DNA of 64,000 nt from NCBI GenBank assembly GCA_014905635.1, contig JABVCE010000004.1, positions 186,001-250,000 on the forward strand, in the 5' to 3' direction. Under the pieces are notes generated by a model that saw nothing but the letters and a program-made list of their open reading frames with translations, had not been told where the DNA came from and did not search any database. The stretch comes from Scenedesmus sp. PABB004 (Eukaryota). Position 1 is the first letter of the stretch. Each line of letters begins with the position of its first letter. Position numbers and translations under genes: made by a program. Positions 58,393 to 64,000 of the stretch are shown one piece after another.

Positions 58393-59359
58393 AGCGGTGT
58401 GACGGCTGCACGGCCGGCCGCGTGGCACGGCGCGTGGCGACGCACCAGCAGCATGCCGATCTCGCCGTACTCATCCACCACGCGCTCCAGGGAGTCGGAC
58501 AGCAGCCCCGCACGCACGGGGTCGGCGTGCAGGTGGTGGCTCAGGCGCATGGTCAGGCCGCGCAGCAGCGCGGCGACGTCGGCCACGCCGAGCGCCGCAA
58601 ACTGAGCCACGCGCTCCGGCGTGATGGCTGCGCGGGAGGTGGCGGCGGCTGCTCACGGCGCGCACAGCGCGCGCGGCGCGCGCACGCGGCAGTGGACGGC
58701 GCCGGCCGCCGCGCCGCGCCTGCGCGCATGCAGCGCGTGGTGTAGGGCTCGTTGGCGGCGGCGGGCGTGCCGAGCCTCTGCAGGAGCTCATAGACCTTGA
58801 GGTCAGCCAGCAGCGAGTCAGCGACGCCCGCGGCCTCCGCGCCGTCGCCCTTGACCAGCAGCGCCGCCTGCGGCACGGCGCGACGCGGCGGAGCGCGGCG
58901 CTCGAGCGCGCCCTTCTGGCGAGCAGCACAGGCGAGCCGCTCGCGCTGGCGCGGCCGGCGGCGCAGCGTCACACCAGGGCGACGTAGTGCACGTTGTCTG
59001 CCTGCTCCGTCACCTGTTCGACGAGCACCTGAGCGGGGCGGCGCGGGACGGGCGGCAGCAGCGGCGCGCGGGACGGGCGGCAGCAGCGGCGCGCCGGGTG
59101 ACGGGAGCAATTCACCCGCACGACGCCGGGTGAAACGACCGCCGCCTGCCTAACGAGCGTCACGAGGGGGACGTGGCCGAGTCCCGCGGCCGCTGCGTTC
59201 GCTGCGGCGCGCCGGCGGCGTGCACACCTGCTCTCGCTCGCGGAGAGCCGCGTTGTCCTCGGCCAGCTGCTCGCGCACGCGCAGCTGTCGGTCGAGCTCC
59301 TGCTGCAAGCGGGCGACTTCTTGAGCCCGAGACTTCCGAATCCGCGCTGGCCGGTGCAT
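57178..59359 (-). CDS. Hypothetical protein with N-terminal basic/leucine-zipper-like segment (bZIP-like), multi-exon
   Basis: ARIRKSRAQEVARLQQELDRQLRVREQLAEDNAALREREQ|VL, later GFWQDVLQHVALRPDQ and TLDYRQNATSIVKSFPFW. Clear exon/intron pattern. Start codon uncertain. Confidence 0.6.
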
Positions 59360-59925
59360 CGCGCCTGCTGCGCCCGCTTCACATGGCTGCAGACGGCGTC
59401 GCGGCGCCTAGACTCACGGTGCCAGAGCTCGCCGCCGGCCGTGAAGCGCCGCCGGCCATGTGGACGAGTCGGTAAACGGTAAACGGCCGGCGACGAAACC
59501 GCAGAACCGCACGCCGCCGCTGGGGCGTCCCGGCGCGCCCCGGCGCGTACGTGACCGGGGCAAAGGCCTGCTGGGCGTGGGCCGCGTCCCTCCAGGGCAC
59601 CGACCGGGTGGGTGGGCGCCGCAGCACCGGTCACCGGCAGCAGCGCCGCGGAGGCCGTGCGGCAGCCACTCCAGCGACTTCCGGCGCCGCCCGACCGCCC
59701 GGTCACGCCCAGTGGCACCCGGCCGCGGCGCCCGACGCGTGAGCGGCTGCAGTCGTGCGCCGCAGGGGACCGGCGTCACTGCCGCCGACGCGCTCCCGGC
59801 GCCGCCGCCGCCGCCGCGCCGGCCGGCCGCCCGCCCGCCCTGCAGCCCAGTGCCGCACAGACCAGTGCTGCCGCCCCCGATCGTCGCCCGCCGGCCGGCG
59901 CTCCCTGCGTGAGGACAGCTCCCGC

Positions 59926-62685
59926 ATGCCGCCGGACCCGAAGGCGGGCGCGCCCGCCGTGAAGCGGGCGCCCTCATTCTTCTCCTACCTCGTCAAGGGC
60001 TCCGCCGCGCGCCTGGAGGCGCCCGACCTGCTGAGGCTGCGCAGCGAGGCCGAGGGCGGCCCGCGCGAGGACGGGAGCGCCCTGCCCCCGCTGCCGCCGC
60101 AGACGCTCAACAAGTGCGGCCTGGCGCCGCCTGGCCGCGCCCCCGCGGCCTGCCCCGGCCGCAGCGGCAGCGGCGCGGGGGGCACGGGCGCAGGCGTCAC
60201 CGCGGCGCCGCCGCCCGCTGCTGCTGCCGCTGCGCGCGGCAGGGTGTCGCGCGTGCTGCTGCCCATCTGCTTCCTCTGCGGCGTGCTGAACTACCTGGAT
60301 CGCACCAACCTCAACTTTGCGGCGCTGCAGCTCAACGCAGACCTCGGCTTCACGCCCACGGTGCGGCGGCGGCGGCCGCGCGGGCGCGGCGGCCGCGCGT
60401 GCGCGGCGCCGAGTGCCGCGCCGAGCCCCTCCCGCCGCCGCTCCCGCAGGACTATGGCCTCGGCGCGGGCTTCTTCTCGCTCGGTGCGCCGCCCTGCCGC
60501 GCACCGGGCCGCCGCCGCTCGACCCCCGCCGCCGCGCCTCCGCCGCGCCCCCTCCACGCACACGCGCGCGCGCGCCCACACGCCGCCCCGCCGCCGCCGC
60601 GCAGGGTACGGTGTGGCGCACGTGCCGAGCGCGTTTATGACGATGCGCTACGGCGCGCGCTGGTGGTACAGCAGCATCACCGTGGCCTGGGGCGTCGTCG
60701 CGACGTGCGGCGCGGTCATCCGCTCCCGCGCGGGCCTCTGCCTGCAGCGCTTCTTCCTCGGCGTCACAGAGGCCGGTGCGCGCGCCCGCCCGCCCGCGCG
60801 CCGCCCCGTCGCGGCGCCGCCGGCGACCGGCGCCGACGCGCGCCGCGCCATCGCCACACCTGCCGCGCCTGCCGCCTGCCGCGTGCCGCGCCGCGTCGGG
60901 CGCGACGCAGGTGCCATCCCGTCTGCGCTCTTCCTCATCGCCCAGTTCTACCCCAAAAACATGTGAGGGTTAGGGTTTACAATTCGCCCCACACCACCAC
61001 CACCACACCACCACACCGCCACCACACCACCGCCACCACCGCCACCACACCGCCACCACACCACCACCACACCACCACCGCCGCCCTCAACACCCACCCA
61101 CACATCCCACACACCCACCACCGCCTCCGCCCAGGCTGACCAAGCCCTACACCGCGGTCACGCTCGCCAACGTGCTGAGCGTCGTCATCGCCGCCCCCCT
61201 CGCGGCGGGGCTCATGTCGCTGGACGGCGTGGGCGGCCTGCGCGGCTGGGAGTGGTGCGCCGCACGCACGCGCCGCCCGCGCGCCGCCCGCGCGCCGCCC
61301 GCCGCCGGGCTGGCGCACGCCGCGCGCCGGCGGCGCTCCCGCGTAGCCCTCCCGAGACGCCGCGCTCACACACTCCCGACGGCCTCATCCTGCCTCCTCC
61401 CGCCGCCAGGCTGTTCATAATCGAGGGCATCCCCAGCGTGCTGCTGGGCTTTGCCATGATGGTGCGCCCCCTGGCCCCTGGCCCCAGCGCGGCCGCGGCA
61501 GCCGGCACGCGGGCGGGCGCGGCGCGGCGCGCCCCGCACGCCTGAGCGCGCAGCCGCGCGTCGCGTCGCGTCGCGTCGCGCCTGCGCCGCAGGCGCTCGT
61601 GCCGTCGCACCCGCTGTCGGCGTGGATGCTGAGCGTGGAGGAGCGCGAGGCGCTGCACGTGACGGTGCACGGCGGCCGCGCGCGCGCCGAGGCGGCGCTG
61701 TCGCCCGTGGTGTGGGGCCAGCTGGCGGGGCTCATCGCCGACGCGTGCCGCAAGCCCCTCATCTGGTTCTTCTCACTCACCGGCTTCCTCTGGGGTGCGG
61801 CCCACCCACGCGCACCGCCTCCCCTCGTCCCAGCGGGGCGGCCCCGCGCGCGCGCCGTCGCTCGCCTGCCAACCTTGAACCCTCCCTCGCCGCCCTTGCT
61901 GCTGCCGCGCGCGCTGCCGCGTGTTGCCGCCTCTCCCTCCCGCAGTGCTGTGCGTGTTCAGCTTGAACAGCTGGATGGCGATCATCATCAAAAACATGCT
62001 CGCCGGCACCGCGCTGACCGGGTCGACGAGCAGCGGCGGCTCGAGCGCGGTCAACACGCTGCACGCGACGCTGCTGAGCGCGATACCCTACTTCTGCGCC
62101 GGCCTGGCCATGGTCGCCAACGCCTGGAGCGCCAACCGCCTGCGTGAGCGCACGCTGCACGTCGCGCTGCCGTGCATCTTTGGCGGCGTCGTGCTCGCCT
62201 GCTTCGAGCCCCTCTACCGCGCCGCCTTTGTCGCGGGGTTTGTCGTCATCGTCATCGCCATCTCAAGCGCCTACAGCGGCCAGAGCGTCATGTTTGCGCG
62301 CGTCGCGGGTGCGGGGCCGCCGCGCTGCGCCGCGCCGCGCCGCGCGACGCCCACACGCTGCCCGCGCTCACGCCACGCTTGCGCCGCGCGCCCCACGCCG
62401 CGCCGCCTGCCCGGCGCAGACCTGCTGGACACGGAGCACGCGGGCGTGGGACTCGCGATCTTCAATGCCGTCGGCGCGGCGGGCGGGGGCTTTGCGGGGC
62501 CGTGGATCGTGGGCGCGTTTGTGCAGCGCAGGGGGAGCTTTGTGCAGGCGATGGTCTTCATGGGCATGTTCCTGCTCGCCGCGGGCCTGCTGCTCGCGGG
62601 GTACGCGCTGCTGTTCGAGCAGCGCCCGCGCTGGCAGGCCGCGCGCGCGCGCGCCGCGGCCAAGGCCGGCGCGGGCGCGGCGTGA
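59926..62685 (+). CDS. MFS transporter, anion:cation symporter (tartrate/nicotinate-like) family, multi-exon
   Basis: LLPICFLCGVLNYLDRTNLNFAALQLNADLG, YGLGAGFFSL|GYGVAHVPS, RFFLGVTEAG, GLRGWEW|LFIIEGIPS, GGFAGPWIVG. Confidence 0.92.
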
Positions 62686-63401
62686 ACCGGCGCGGCGCGC
62701 GCGGCGCGCGGGGGGCGGCGCACTGCCAGGCGGCGCAGCGCACTGCCTGCCAAATCCTTCCCTATCGCATGCGCGCGGCCGTGCGACCTGGGGTGAGCAG
62801 GTCAACTGCACGCGCCCAGGTTGACTTAGCCGGCAACACACTGCATTGTTGTTGGCTGCGCCCTCCCCGGCATTGATCGTTGGCGTGACTGCGTGCTGCA
62901 AGCGGCACAACTCCCTGCTGCTCGTTGGTCTGGCAGAGGCAGGAACCAAGCGGTTGGGTGCTCTGCCGAAGGACAATCTGTATCAATTTGCACTAACGCA
63001 CCATTCGTCGTCGCCGGGCGGCGCGGGCGCCGGCACGCCTGCTGCCCGCCGGCGCGGGGCGGAGGGCTGCCAGCGACGCGGCTGGCTGCGCGCGGCGGAG
63101 CGGCCGCCGCCGATGCGGCTGCCCGCGCGGCGCGCCCCACGCGCGGCGGCGGTTGCCCAGGGGGCGGGGGGGGGGGTGCAGTTGTTCCGGCGCCACACGG
63201 CGCGTGAGACCGAGGCTGGTTTGTGCGCGCGTGATGATGGCAGGGCAGCCGTGCTGCCCTGCCACGATGCCAACTTGCATATGTGGCTGCGATCGTGGCG
63301 GCTGGGCTGGGCGCCACCTGTCTTCTCTCTCTGTTTGGGCCCTGGTGGGGGCGGGGCGCGTGCGTTGCGCAAACCCATTATTTAAATACGGGTGAACCTC
63401 G

Positions 63402-64000
63402 TCACCGCCCCCAGAGCCTCCAGCCGCGCGCCTCGGGCGACATTGCGCTGCCGCCGCCGCTGCCGCCGTCGGCGCCCCCGCTCGCGGCCGGCCCGGCGGG
63501 CGGTGCGGGCTGGCGCTTGGATGCCTTGGCGAACGCCTCGCGGCACAGCAGCGACACGTCCGCCGCCTGCGGCTTGGTGATGCCGGGCCTGCGCACGCGC
63601 GGCCCCGGGCGGGGCGGCGGCCGCGCGTCGGCGTCGCCGCGACGCGGCGGCGCACAGCTCCTGTCGGCGTGCGCGCGCGCGGGCAGGCGCCGCCGGCCGG
63701 GCGCGGCGCGGCCGCCGTGGCTGGGCCCCGCCCCACCCCACCTCACCTTGCCGCGACGAGCCGCTCCACCATGGCCGGCGTGACCGCGGGGCAGACCTCC
63801 AGCACGCACGCGTACGCCGCGACGAGCGCGTCGGGCTGGCGGCTGTCCAGCAGCTCGCGCAGCGACGACAGCTGCCGCGTGCGCGCCGCCAGCTTGTCCG
63901 GCGCGACGTACGGCTCGAAGAACAGCTGCGCCCCGGCCGACGCAGGCGCGGCGCGGCGGGCGCGTCGGCGCGCGGCGGGCCAGGAGGCGCGCGGCGGGCC
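63402..64000 (-). CDS. SEC6: Exocyst component SEC6/EXOC3-like, 3' exons only
   Basis: LFFEPYVAPDKLAARTRQLSSLRELL...YACVLEVCPAVTPAMVERLVAAR|PGITKPQAADVSLLCREAF resembles the plant SEC6 C-terminus (from memory). TGA at 63402. Confidence 0.65.
   Translation of the reverse strand, partial: PAARLLARRAPTRPPRRACVGRGAAVLRAVRRAGQAGGAHAAAVVAARAAGQPPARRARRGVRVRAGGLPRGHAGHGGAARRGKVRWGGAGPSHGGRAAPGRRRLPARAHADRSCAPPRRGDADARPPPRPGPRVRRPGITKPQAADVSLLCREAFAKASKRQPAPPAGPAASGGADGGSGGGSAMSPEARGWRLWGR

Noticed and set aside
60965..60980. Telomere-like GGGTTAGGGTTTA (telo-box) at the start of an MFS intron
   Set aside because: Only about two units, so it could easily be chance.
1..64000. Hundreds of long overlapping Arg/Ala/Pro/Gly-rich ORFs in the six-frame track
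   Set aside because: Expected from stop-codon scarcity at very high GC. Real coding segments are short exons inside them.

Overview
Eukaryotic nuclear DNA, extremely GC-rich and intron-dense, most consistent with a chlorophyte green alga (Sphaeropleales-like; inferred from gene content, intron style and a TGTAA poly(A) signal). Most long six-frame ORFs are GC artefacts, so gene models were rebuilt by eye from exon translations and their spans are approximate. Genes in order: secreted Cys-rich propeller-like protein (partial), L-lactate permease, metal-dependent amidohydrolase, orphan low-complexity ORF, SnRK2-like kinase, Ku70, kinase-less MAD3/BUBR1-like protein, MJ1316(DUF504)-F-box-WD40 fusion, UVR-domain DEAD-box helicase, DNAAF5, COPA, AdhE, bZIP-like protein, MFS transporter, SEC6 (partial). 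The 8.9-23.1 kb region is rearranged. It holds three copies of a ~1-1.4 kb cassette with an identical tRNA-Leu(CAG), a ~710-bp inverted repeat around copy 1, and a 5'-truncated L1/Tx1-type LINE with a 7-bp TSD ~145 bp upstream of the tRNA in copy 2. Best candidates for novelty: the MJ1316-F-box-WD40 architecture, the tRNA cassette with its tRNA-proximal LINE, very frequent GC-AG introns, and motif amplification in the checkpoint protein.
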